Source of the DNA: Polymyxa betae A26-41
Lineage: Eukaryota > Protista > Endomyxa: Phytomyxea
Direction of reading: 5' to 3'
NCBI GenBank assembly: GCA_003693705.1
Contig: RBZT01000312.1
Span: 124,001 to 188,000 of the forward strand
Length of the DNA stretch: 64,000 nt
Shown: in pieces, positions 12,939-23,473 of the stretch
How positions within the stretch are numbered: position 1 is the first letter of the stretch
Layout of the letters: every line of letters starts with the position of its first letter
Program-made: the position numbers and the translations under genes
The notes under the pieces: generated by a model
Databases searched by the model: none
What the model saw: only the letters and a program-made list of their open reading frames with translations
Told to the model about the DNA's origin: nothing

Positions 12939-13808
12939 ATGGCGAGATCATCGTCTCGCTCCTCGTCGTCGCCATGCAAGCGCTTTGTGGTTCCAATGAT
13001 CGTGATTGGTATAGTCGCCGGTATTCTGTTCCTCATCCTGTATTTCACTGTCTTCCGCCCGAATTCAAATGGCACCACCAATGTTGGCAAATGGGATCCC
13101 AACCGAACTTTCCATTCGTTCAACTCGTGCGGCGCTTCCAAGACCATCGCCCTGACCTTCGATGATGGCCCCGATATCAACGGCACACCAAACGTCCTCG
13201 CCGCTCTCGCCAAATGGAACGTCAAGGCGACATTCTTAATGTCGCCTGCAGTGAATGGCCCGCCTACACCCCAGCAATGTCAGCTGCTGAAGGAGGTGAT
13301 AGCAGCCGGGCACAGCGCCCAATCACACTCCTGGGATCACACCGATTTTGTTGGGAAAACAGGCCAGCAGGTTTATGATAACCTGAATACCATTCAGCAA
13401 TGGATGAATCAATGTCTGGGCAGTACATATACAGGATTGCACCTGTTTAGACCGCCTTATGGAGATCTCAACCCGGATTATGGAACCTTCATCTCCAAGC
13501 TTGGTTATACTTTGGCATCATGGAATGTCGAGTCGTTGGATTATGCTGGGGGCAATGCCCAGCAGGTGTTCCAGAACATCCAGGCGAACTTTGCGAATCT
13601 GGCCCAAGGTGATAGTGTGATCATATTGATGCACGATCTGCACTATGTCAATGGTAATGCATTGGGAGCTCTGGATCAGATTATCCCGTACTTTCAGAAT
13701 CTCGGATACACATTCGTAACCATGACTGATTGTTATGCCAAATGTCAGAAGGACATCTGCAAAGCCATCAACCCGGTCTGGCCAGGCACGTTCGACCTCG
13801 TGTTCTAA
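12939..13808 (+). CDS. Polysaccharide/chitin deacetylase (CE4, NodB domain) with N-terminal membrane anchor; intronless
   Basis: All CE4 motifs present: TFDDGP, HSWDH, FRPPYG, SLDY, ILMHD. Hydrophobic segment FVVPMIVIGIVAGILFLILYFTVF follows a short basic/Ser-rich N-terminus. Confidence 0.93.
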   Translation: MARSSSRSSSSPCKRFVVPMIVIGIVAGILFLILYFTVFRPNSNGTTNVGKWDPNRTFHSFNSCGASKTIALTFDDGPDINGTPNVLAALAKWNVKATFLMSPAVNGPPTPQQCQLLKEVIAAGHSAQSHSWDHTDFVGKTGQQVYDNLNTIQQWMNQCLGSTYTGLHLFRPPYGDLNPDYGTFISKLGYTLASWNVESLDYAGGNAQQVFQNIQANFANLAQGDSVIILMHDLHYVNGNALGALDQIIPYFQNLGYTFVTMTDCYAKCQKDICKAINPVWPGTFDLVF

Positions 13809-14068
13809 GTCGGTTCTGCTGTTTCTAAATAATAAATCCTATTCATTGTTTACTAGTAATCCACATATAGTTGGGGCTTTTTTTTATTTGTAAACTGAGC
13901 GCTGGAATTGGATCTCTGCATTAATCTTGGGCATTAATCGATTATGCAATGGGCGATGGGAAATGACCAGAACTCAATTATTACCGATCCAACTAGATTA
14001 ATTCGATAATTGGTCTGATTCCAGGGCTGGAACAATCCTCATATTTACCATATTATATTTGGAGCGGA

Positions 14069-14482
14069 ATGTCATCTAAATCAGCTGTTGTCATCCACCA
14101 TATTCTAACCTGGCTACATTGGTTACCTTTGTTCTGGATTGCATGGCAGACTGGTAATATATATCAAAGGCTGGAAGACGCATGGCAATGTATCTATATT
14201 ATCTCAATTCTCATATTGATATTCGTATCCTGGATCTGCTTCGTCCTCGCAATGAAGAAGGCGATCATGAACGTGGCGATGATCGGCCTCGCGATTGTCA
14301 TCGTTGAGGTCGCCTTGGCGGTCACCATGCTTACGTGGTACTGGTTCGAGAGAACCCATCTGCTACTCATTGAGATTGCCTTGGTCGGGTTTAATCTGTT
14401 ATGTTTGGCGCGATGGTTCTTTGTAATCCGAGAAATCCGCTATGATGGACATGAAATCCCACTGAAAACGCTCTATTTCTAA
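14069..14482 (+). CDS. Hypothetical small multi-pass (about 4 TM) membrane protein, intronless
   Basis: 137-aa ATG-initiated ORF with four hydrophobic segments and AATAAA ~30 nt downstream. No family recognised. Confidence 0.65.
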   Translation: MSSKSAVVIHHILTWLHWLPLFWIAWQTGNIYQRLEDAWQCIYIISILILIFVSWICFVLAMKKAIMNVAMIGLAIVIVEVALAVTMLTWYWFERTHLLLIEIALVGFNLLCLARWFFVIREIRYDGHEIPLKTLYF

Positions 14483-14905
14483 ACCAACACGAAAAGTTCC
14501 ATTTCTCTACTCAATAAACTACGTAAAGAATTTCGGCTGCAATTCTTCCCTATCGCTGACATACGGGTGACATGATGGTCCGCTCAGAACACAGGAAGAC
14601 TCCTGACGTATAAAGACAATATGTCAGGCTACGACAGGCCTTGCGTTCTGGGATTGGACTGCTGACCAACTTCACCAAACTAGTCGAATCGAATCCAATC
14701 CTGAAGCTGACAGATTGGTCTATATTAGAGACACTCATTTGAGATTGTAACGCCAACGAGAAACTCATTACTCATTGCACACAGAAATTGCGCAGTGGCG
14801 CAGTAATATATTCTGCGCAGTCACGCACCCAAAACTCCTTTGATTTTGCAGTGGATCCATTTCGGGTATTGTTTGGCATCATCAATAATCGTGCTGGGTG
14901 GGTTC

Positions 14906-16612
14906 ATGGTCCGAGATGGATGCCAGACACCCCAACATGTCCTTGACCAGATACAGCTACAAAAAGAGAAGGCGATGGCCGCCCTCGATCTGGCTGCCCG
15001 TAATGCAATCGACAGTGCTCGCGAGCTGCGATACGCCAAAGACACGATCGCCTTACTGGAATCTGGCATCAAGCTGCCCGCTGGTCTGGTCTCCTCTCAC
15101 CTATCCGACCATGCTAATCACGCCGACTCTCAAACCATTCTCCGTCTTCAAGGCGAGATTGCGTCATTAAAGGCTGAGATAGATGCTATGAAGACATCTC
15201 ATGCAGCTGTACTCTCTAATTATCGCTCTCAGCTGCATGCTGCAAACTATGGTCGAATCGCTGCTGAATCTCAACTGAAACGTCTTCAGGTTGGCTTCTT
15301 ACAGACCCAGGAGTCGATCCAGTCGTCGCTGGCCAAGTTCAATCGCGTCTTACACGCCCCGGAGCGTCAGGCGCCGATCGCGACCCCGCCGCCGATGATC
15401 GCTGCCGGCGGCGAGCAATTACACCTGCTGGCGCCCAGCAATGGGATGTCGCCCTCCGACGACCTTCCGCCCGATTCGCTGACCGCCATCAACGACGACG
15501 AACGTCAGGCGGCGAAACGCGCCCGAATAACGCCGCGCTTCGATAAAATCGCGCTTCAGGAGGCGTTCGCCCCGGGGTCCAGTACGGTCTCGGGAGCGCT
15601 GCACGCCGTCAGCCTCGGCCTGGATGAGAAATCGCTGTCGGACGACGAACTGCTCCAGGTCGCTGCGGATTCGATCGGGAGGGCGTCGTCATCTTGTCAG
15701 GAGCAACATAGTCGATTCTTATCTGAACTATTCTGTCATGAGAGGATGCGATCATTACGAGACAAGTTTGTAAGCAGATTATGGAGGCTGGTTGTTATGG
15801 CACCAGGTGCGCGCTCAGCATCGATCGAGACGTCGACGCGCGCCCTCGCCCAGATCTGTCTTCGCTCCAATCGAACAGATCTGCTGCGCATCTTCATCTT
15901 CGATCTGCTGCGATTGCGGTCGTGTCTCGAGATCGAACTGCTCGCGATCGTGTTTCGTATCGTGCCGAACGTTCTGGGCGGCGCCGGTCAGAGCGCCCTG
16001 CGTGATAGCATCGTGGCCGTCATTTGTGACGCCCTCCATTGTCTCCCCGAACATCACACAATCAAGCGCGATATCGTCCTGAATCCGTTCTGGGCCAGTA
16101 CGTACCGACAGCACAACCCGGCAGATTTCGCCTCCGGGGCCCAATCCGCCATCGACCAGATCGTCTCGGGCGACGCCGATCGTGTCGTTGATGGGACCCG
16201 AGCTCTGGAGCTGATTGCGTTGTCGCGAGGATGGCCCTGGACCTGTTCGTTCATTGTCAGGCCGTTATGGCAGCAGATCCGATCCGCGTCCAATTGGCAG
16301 GTCGTCGTGCATTCGATATCGGCCATGGCGATCGTCGGGCGAACTTCATGTTCGGACTCGGCGAATACGAATGCGGCCGCGTTCATGCATCAGATCGTGT
16401 CGGGATTGTACTCATTCCTGGAGGCGGCGTTTCCCATCGAGATTCAGGTCGCGGCTGCTGATGCGTTGGTCGTGCTAGCCAATGGCCGTCTATCCAATCT
16501 GCGAGATTTGTATAAATGGTTCGTGACAGCGCCGGATACGGTTCGGTCGCTGGTGCCGTCCTCCCTGAGAGACGATATCACGTTCATCGGTAAACAGCTG
16601 TCTGTAAGGTGA
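14906..16612 (+). CDS. Coiled-coil plus helical C-terminal domain protein, ICE1 (little elongation complex)/MEE22-like; intronless
   Basis: Long GC-rich ORF with an N-terminal coiled coil and a basic KRAR motif. The C-terminus ALELIALSRGWPWTCSFIVRPLW..VGR..FPIEIQVAAADALVVL..LYKW..VPSSL resembles the ICE1/MEE22 C-terminal domain as I recall it. Start codon uncertain. Confidence 0.6.
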   Translation: MVRDGCQTPQHVLDQIQLQKEKAMAALDLAARNAIDSARELRYAKDTIALLESGIKLPAGLVSSHLSDHANHADSQTILRLQGEIASLKAEIDAMKTSHAAVLSNYRSQLHAANYGRIAAESQLKRLQVGFLQTQESIQSSLAKFNRVLHAPERQAPIATPPPMIAAGGEQLHLLAPSNGMSPSDDLPPDSLTAINDDERQAAKRARITPRFDKIALQEAFAPGSSTVSGALHAVSLGLDEKSLSDDELLQVAADSIGRASSSCQEQHSRFLSELFCHERMRSLRDKFVSRLWRLVVMAPGARSASIETSTRALAQICLRSNRTDLLRIFIFDLLRLRSCLEIELLAIVFRIVPNVLGGAGQSALRDSIVAVICDALHCLPEHHTIKRDIVLNPFWASTYRQHNPADFASGAQSAIDQIVSGDADRVVDGTRALELIALSRGWPWTCSFIVRPLWQQIRSASNWQVVVHSISAMAIVGRTSCSDSANTNAAAFMHQIVSGLYSFLEAAFPIEIQVAAADALVVLANGRLSNLRDLYKWFVTAPDTVRSLVPSSLRDDITFIGKQLSVR

Positions 16613-16778
16613 CCAATGGGCGCCTTTCGAGCTGTATTTATTTATTCATAATTGTACCATAATATATGTAATATAGACGATATTCGCTGTTTATCTGATA
16701 CAATATTTCCTACATAGATGTTGCTCTTCTCTCTCATTGAGTTGGTTTGTTTGGATGAGATATCAGAAGAAATCATTT

Positions 16779-17304
16779 TCAGAGAGTTGCTTCCCTTTGT
16801 GACGTCGTCGTCCCTGGAGATACCTATTTAATCGATATTTAGCATAATTTCAGATGAAAGATCCTATGCGATGTCAATACGTTGAACGGTTTCGCGTCGT
16901 ATAAGCGATAATCGGGTTCCGTTCGGTCCCTGCCTTCATCAATACATGATATGCTGGCGCTATCGAAATCATCTAAATCTGCATCATGATACGCCTCCAG
17001 ATCGTCCAATTCCAGGTGCAGATCCGCATGGCTTCTTGGTGATGCCACCTGACACAATATGACGATGATCGCTTCGAATCGGATTTGCGGTTACTTGCGA
17101 GTATGCATAGCTCTGGTGGGTTCTTCGCCAGCCGAAAGCCGAAGCCAGCATACTGACACATTCGAAGAAGGAATTCCACATAAGACCGAACAGCGATGTA
17201 TCAGTCGAAGGCTGATCATCATCAACGAGTAATTTCACACGAGGACGTGGTGATGATTTGGGGATCAGACCCTGATTCTCCCCCAAACAGCCTTCATCGT
17301 TCAT
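16779..17304 (-). CDS. Hypothetical acidic protein (3 exons)
   Basis: ORFs 16984-17304 and 16839-17057 join via a GT-AG intron after YAYSQ. A second intron after KPFN leads to VSPGTTTSQREATL*. Confidence 0.6.
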
Positions 17305-17798
17305 ATCTGCAAACGATTAGCCCTGACAATATGGAGTCGCCAAACCTATCGCCTTGACTGAAAAGTCGATGAGATCAGAGAATCAACCCAACCTACCCTG
17401 TGTAAAGGCCTTGTTAGAAGCAGCTGAGACACAACAGGTCACACACAGGAGAGAGAGAGTCTGAGAGAGCGGTATCGCACTGCTCATGTCGCCTGTCTAC
17501 AAGAGAGAGAGCTGTCTTGTCCAAAATCGTTCGACATCCCAGAAACCCATTGGTCATGGCGGATGTCTCTGAACCCATTCCAAAGATCGTTACGATGCGA
17601 GTTTGTTCAAAACTGAAGTTAAGGTGTGTGTTGCTGGAGTAGCAGAATGATTTCTAATGGAGCGTCTCACTTGATTCGAGGCGTTGTTGAATGACGCCAC
17701 TGAATCAGAAATTCATCTCAAAATCCATGACAGTCTCAAAAACAGTATTGAGCGAAATTCAAATACGACAGGATAAATTGTTATATTACAATAAGGTT

Positions 17799-18877
17799 TC
17801 ACAGGAAATCGAACAATGCTTCAAAGGCATCTTGCCGATATCGGGTCTCAGCAACACCTTTCCGGAATCCACCTGCAGTCTGTGCAGCCACCTTCTTCAA
17901 AAACACTGCATATCTGTTGTCCAACTTTCAGAAAGGCGCCCCCAACCGAACTGATTTTCATACTTGTGCTTTTTTAATTCAGCAGCCGACATGGTCGAAG
18001 TATCAACATTCGCCAACTGGTCAGCTGGCGTTAAGATCAGCTTTGGCAAAGTATTGAACAGAACAGGGACGGGAAACGGCCTGAATATTAAACGAGTTAA
18101 TATAACGCCATTCAACGAGTATTTACGAAACGAACCTTCTGTGGTCTTCAGCGAAATTCGGTTGTGAATCCGAAGCGGTTTGTTCATCGGAAGGCGCGGC
18201 CGCACGATCGTTGGCAATGGCCTGCTGGGCGATCTTCTCCGACATCTGGGCCGTTAATCGATCGCTATGGGCTGCTTTAAATTTTTCGATAATCCTGAAT
18301 CGCATCGGTTATTTGAAAAACATTTTTCGCAATGAGCATTTCACACCTTTGGGCCTCTTCAACCTCTTTGGGGTCACCGTATGATATATCGTAGAGGACG
18401 TTTTCAACCATTTCTAAATGGTCGCTGTACGCTGCATCCGAAGGGAAATCGTCACGAGTTACGACGTGGAATCTGAAAAGAGATGAGAAAATCGTCAGAA
18501 TCTGAGACTGATTTACATCGAATCAGTTTGCTTTCGGTGCTTTGATACGCTCTCGTATTTCTGTTGGGAGTAGGGGCGCTCATCGAATGATGATTTCGAT
18601 AGCATTGACGAGCATGATGGGCATGCAACCGAACGCCGCGTTCGAAATTGGGCGTTCATACATTCGCTACAACTGCATAACGATTAGATCCCAGAAGGGA
18701 CAGAAAAACAGTCACGAAAGGGAAAATTTTTCAAAAAAAAATGAACATAAAAACCAGTAAAGACGATTACAAGGGCGCTCCACAGCAGGTCGTGTAAAGA
18801 ATCTGAACATCGCGAGTCTTTTCAGTACTGGAGCCACATTTAGAACAGATGGCGTCATCCTCCAGGACTGGCGACAT
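17799..18877 (-). CDS. MNAT1: CDK-activating kinase assembly factor MAT1/Tfb3 (RING finger), multi-exon
   Basis: Spliced sequence MSPVLEDDAICSKC..TCCGAPFCSEC..ACPSCSSMLSKSSF..HRKQTDSIFHVVTRDDFPSDAAYSDHLEMVENVLYDI, with C-terminal TAGGFRKGVAETRYRQDAFEALFDFL*. Both match the MAT1 pattern. Confidence 0.87.
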
Positions 18878-18902
18878 CAATGCCCTAGGCTGGGAACGTC
18901 GA

Positions 18903-19701
18903 ATGGAGGACGGGTCGAAGCCGCCGAGCGTCGTTCACGTCAGAACAGGTTGCAATGATGATTGCGAGCTAAGAGAAAGACATTGATGAAATTATGCCGT
19001 CAGAATAGATACAAAATTTCTATAAAAACAGTTCTATTGGTTTGTATTAATGAGTAGTTGAAACAGACGCTATTGGACAGCTGTATCAGTTGATTCGCCT
19101 TGATGCCGCTGTAAAATGTGTGAAGGTCGAAATTGTCTTGTCGCTATGAAAGGCAGCTTGACCGTGGGGACGGCAGCATCAGATCATTGATTCAATTGTT
19201 GATATTGGATTGGCGAAAACAAATGGCTTTGATGGAGATTCATCTGGCAACTCAGATGATATGCTTGGAGCAGAACGTTATGTAATGAAGCATGCTGATC
19301 CTGGACTGCCGAACCGCGCGGTGCACATGCTCTCAGGATGCATTTAATGAGTGGCCTCCAGACGGCAAACTGCTAGATCGGAAGGTAAAATTTCGTTCGA
19401 ACATTGACGACGCTCACATTAACAAAGAGGTTTTTAAAGGTTGCAATGAAATACGCATTGATTTCGTAAAATGCAAATTCCAGAAAACGCTGCCCAGGCT
19501 ACCTTGCCAAACCTATTACGAAGGCATTAATTGGCTTTACAACGTAAGATTTCTGACAATTTGGTTGCACTGCATTCGGATGATATAGGTTAGGCCAGGC
19601 CGTCATCAGCTGTGAGAAAGGCTCATTTGAAACTACTTTACTAGGGTCATACATTGGGACATGCCAGAACGAATCATGTATTCACCAGATTACAGAATAG
19701 C
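18903..19701 (+). CDS. Possible multi-exon hypothetical Cys-containing protein; model unresolved
   Basis: Short exon-like segments separated by ~50-nt GT-AG stretches (DAFNEWPPDGKLLDRK; CNEIRIDFVKCKFQKTLPRLPCQTYYEGINWLYN; LGQAVISCEKGSFETTLLGSYIGTCQNESCIHQITE*). Start not resolved. Confidence 0.4.
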
Positions 19702-20088
19702 AAACAGATTTTGATTAGGGATTGAGTCGCAGGAGCCAAAAAGTTGCTATTATTGCACAAATGATTCACTTCCTGTGTAAGCGGATAACAGAACAGAGCC
19801 GAGATATGACATCCAGCAAACATCAAGAAGAGAGACATCGCAAGAAGGGTTAACGCTAGAAAATCTCAATACAATCTCAACATCGTTTTCTAACATTATA
19901 CAAAGAAACCAACCATCACATTGTGCATTTCTATCAACGCCCGTTTTTCTATGAATAGCAATAAACATAACACTCCATTTTAACCGTAAGAGAACAGAAC
20001 ATAAAGTCGTTAGCCCGTTAGCCGATGGACAAAGCCACGCATACTATCCCGGCACATGCCTACACGAATCTACCCAGAAGACAGAGGA

Positions 20089-20216
20089 GAAGTTTCCAGG
20101 TCAGACGGAACCCGTTGGTTGTCATGCATTGTGACTGTCCCTTCTCTTACCAAGATCATACCGGTCTGCAAGAGAGATCGAATCTCGGAACGAGCGCGGA
20201 CTGGTACGGAATATTC
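20089..20216 (+). promoter_or_regulatory. Heat-shock-element cores (GAAnnTTC) upstream of DnaJ
   Basis: GAAGTTTC at 20089-20096 and GAATATTC at 20209-20216, within 250 nt of the ATG. Confidence 0.45.
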
Positions 20217-20335
20217 TTGTGATGGGAGCGCGGACATTCCAGCGATGGCCGCGCCCCATTCACATCTGTCTTGCGCGTGACCTCCTACCCTTCACTCCCT
20301 ACATTCCAAGTCGAGTCAGCAGAACACATTAGTCC

Positions 20336-21607
20336 ATGTTCAACTTCGGTGGCGGATTCGGCGGCGGGTTCGGGGGTGGTCGCCCAGCCAATGTCGACAA
20401 CAGCAAACTGTACGAAACCTTGAACGTGTCGAAGGATGCGACCCCCGACGAGATCAAGAAGTCGTACAGGAAGCTGGCCATCAGACATCATCCGGATAAG
20501 GGCGGCGACCCAGAGAAGTTCAAAGAGCTGAGCAAGGCATATAATGTTCTATCCGATCCAGAGAAACGTGAGCTATACGACAATTATGGTGAAGATGGAC
20601 TGAACGGCAAGGCCGGTGGCGGCGCTGCCGATATCTTCGACCTGTTCAGCGGCGGTCTGGGCCGTCGTGGACCCCGCTCCAAACCTCGAGGCGAAGACTT
20701 AGTCTACCCTTTGAAAGTCACATTGGAAGAACTCTATTCCGGAGTCATCAAGAAGCTTCGCATCACGAAAAATGTGATTTGCTCCAAATGCAATGGTGAA
20801 GGCGGTGAAGCTGGGCACGTTGCAGCTTGCCATAGCTGTAATGGTCATGGTGTCAAAGTCGTGGTCAAACAAATTGGACCTGGTATGATTCAGCAGATGC
20901 AGCAGACCTGTGACGTCTGCAAGGGACAAGGCAAAGTCATTCCTGAGCGCTACCGCTGTTCGGATTGCAGAGGCAATCGCGTCATCCAGAAGAAAGAGAG
21001 CATCGAATGCGCTGTCCAACGCGGTATGCGACACGGCCAGAAAATCACCTATGCCGGTATGGCAGACGAGGCTCCCGGTGTTATTACCGGCGATGTTGTC
21101 GTTGTTTTGCAACAGAAAGAACACGATCTTTTTGTCCGAAAAGGTGACGACTTGTTCATGCGCCAAACGCTTTCGCTTGCCGATGCGCTATGCGGCTTCT
21201 CGTTTGACATTCACCATCTCGACGGACGTGTTATTCGGATTCGAAGCGAGCCTGGCCATGTATACACCCATGGTGATATCAAAGTCATCGCAAGCGAAGG
21301 CATGCCGATGAACAGGAATGCATTCGTCAAAGCCAATTTGTATGTGGAGTTCAAAGTCGAATTCCCGCCGTCCGGATCGCTCACCGAGCAGGACCGTACC
21401 GTCCTTCGACAGATTCTGCCTTCATCCAAATCCACCAACATGGATATCGACAACAAAGACGACGACGTTGAAGTGTGCCATCTTCGGGATGTAGATATGG
21501 ATGCTGAAAGAGCAAAGAGGGAAAGAGAGCAGACCTCTGAGAGTCGCGAAGCTTACGAAGAGGACGAAGACCACGGCCATGCCAATGTCGGCTGCCGAAG
21601 CCAGTAA
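20336..21607 (+). CDS. DNAJA: Type I DnaJ/Hsp40 co-chaperone (DNAJA/Ydj1 family), intronless
   Basis: J domain with HPDKGGD, G/F region, four CxxCxGxG-type zinc motifs, C-terminal domain and CaaX prenylation end CRSQ. Confidence 0.97.
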   Translation: MFNFGGGFGGGFGGGRPANVDNSKLYETLNVSKDATPDEIKKSYRKLAIRHHPDKGGDPEKFKELSKAYNVLSDPEKRELYDNYGEDGLNGKAGGGAADIFDLFSGGLGRRGPRSKPRGEDLVYPLKVTLEELYSGVIKKLRITKNVICSKCNGEGGEAGHVAACHSCNGHGVKVVVKQIGPGMIQQMQQTCDVCKGQGKVIPERYRCSDCRGNRVIQKKESIECAVQRGMRHGQKITYAGMADEAPGVITGDVVVVLQQKEHDLFVRKGDDLFMRQTLSLADALCGFSFDIHHLDGRVIRIRSEPGHVYTHGDIKVIASEGMPMNRNAFVKANLYVEFKVEFPPSGSLTEQDRTVLRQILPSSKSTNMDIDNKDDDVEVCHLRDVDMDAERAKREREQTSESREAYEEDEDHGHANVGCRSQ

Positions 21608-21758
21608 TGTAATCGTAATTCCACAGCTAGATAAACCTTTCACATTATTAGTCCCAAACTTCGTATATCCAAATTGCATTCTCTGGTTTATCTCAAGAAT
21701 TGTAATGTTTTGTTTCCTCCGCTTACAACAGAGATGCCGTCACAGCAAAGTTGCTTCC

Positions 21759-23409
21759 ATGGAGAAATCGAAGACGATTCCTTGCCTTCCTGGCTATGCC
21801 TGCAATGTCCAAATTCGTCACGATTTCCGAAAGCGACAACATTTTGACAATAAGCGCATAATCGAAGCGGTGCCATTTGCTGCTATAGATTTCAATCAGC
21901 CCTCTGAGCCCTTTCGACAAGCGCAGCTCCAAAGCACAGAAAATGCTGACAAGTTTGTTCCTAAATGGATGAAGAACATGAAATTAGTCGCCAGGTTTTT
22001 CATGTACGAGGTGGATAAAAGGTTCTCAAGAAAATTTGTCTTGTATTTCTATCTGGAAGACGATTCAATCTCTATTGGAGAGATGCCCGATTACAGCCGC
22101 CTATCAAGTGGACCTCCTCCTCATCAAGGTGAGATCACCATCTGTTCTCAGAATCCCAATTGAACGTCACCTCAGCTCTCTTTCTAAGAAGGCATCGAGT
22201 TGCCAATCCTGATGTTGGCAGGGAGTATATCCTCACTGATTTTTCCATTGGGAAGATCGTTGAGATATATGGAAGAACTTTCCATATTTACAGCTGTGAT
22301 CAACACACAAGGGATTGGTTTGTCGAAAACTATGGAATCGAATTGCCTGCAAGCGAGCCTGAGCCTGAAAATAACCTGTTTCCAGTTAGTCACCCAGAGC
22401 CTTTGATTCCGAGAGATCAACGGCTCTTCAATCCCGCCAATGCTGGACATCCAACAGGTTAAACTTACTCCTTCATTGTTTTGGGAAACTGGCACTGATT
22501 AACAAGCAGTCGAACAACTGAACGCATCACGAAAATTTCTGCAAGACGATGGCGTCGTTCTGCGATTCTGGGTGCGTGTCAGCCCATCGGATCAGTCTTT
22601 AATTTGGGACGAACAAGACGGTCGTGTGAAAGCGATCATGATGAAATCCGAAGACCCGATCTACGTTATGAGGCACTTTGTAGTAGATGAGACAACCGAG
22701 CTAGTTCTGGATAAGACGTATCGGCAAAATGGTCGAGGATATCCCACGACCTTGATCAGAAGGTGTGTTTGGCCATTGGTAAGGATGATAAGCGATCACT
22801 TCGATTCGACTTCTGACTTTTCGAAGGAGCTTGATGGACTTTCCATTTCAAATATTGGAGTGTCCAATTCAAAGAACATAACATTGGACGATTTGCAACT
22901 TGGCAAGATTATAACTGCATTTGGACGCAGAATCTTGCTTATGAGAGCTGACACTTTTACCAGCACAAAACTACGTTTACAGCATCCCGTGGAAGAAATA
23001 ATCGAAGGGTATGTAGCTCCAAAGAGAACGATCGTTGAGAAACCGCAAAGTATGTAGTTCAATGGCTGAAAGAGGATCGACTTATGGACTAACGATTGAT
23101 ATAGAGAAGCTAACCGATAATCCAGCAGCCATTCTTCGAGCATTAGCAATTATTCAAACACAAGGCAAATTGGATCACGATAGGAGATTTGTCATAGAAT
23201 ATTATACAGGTGATGAATCGGTCGCCGTCTTTGAGCAAAGCTCAAGACACTCGAGAAAATTCCTGGAAAGAACATCGAAGTATAAAGGCGATGAGTTCCG
23301 TGTCGAAGATCTTCAAGCAGACCGTATTTGCACGATTAACAAATTTCAATTCGTGATCATCGAAACCGATGACAGTACCAAGAGATGGCTGCAAAAGCTA
23401 TCCGTTTAG
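21759..23409 (+). CDS. EFHC1: DM10-domain axonemal protein, EFHC1/EFHC2/RIB72-like, multi-exon
   Basis: N-terminal IPCLPG and three DM10-like repeats: RKFVLYFYLEDDSISIGE..FLRRHRV..DFSIGKIVEIYGRTFHIYSCDQHTRDWF; KFLQDDGVVLRFW..DDLQLGKIITAFGRRILLMRADTFT; RRFVIEYYTGDESVAVFE..KFLER..FVIIETDDST. Confidence 0.8.
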
Positions 23410-23473
23410 CTCTGCAACCATAAGCGATACTTATAAATTCTATTGTATATGCTACATTCCAGTTGAATTCGTC

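Noticed and set aside
17447-17776. GA-rich tract and a possible tiny spliced ORF (..KTEVKALLNDATESEIHLKIHDSLK..)
   Set aside because: Needs an atypically short 33-nt intron and a GAG acceptor; no recognisable homology.
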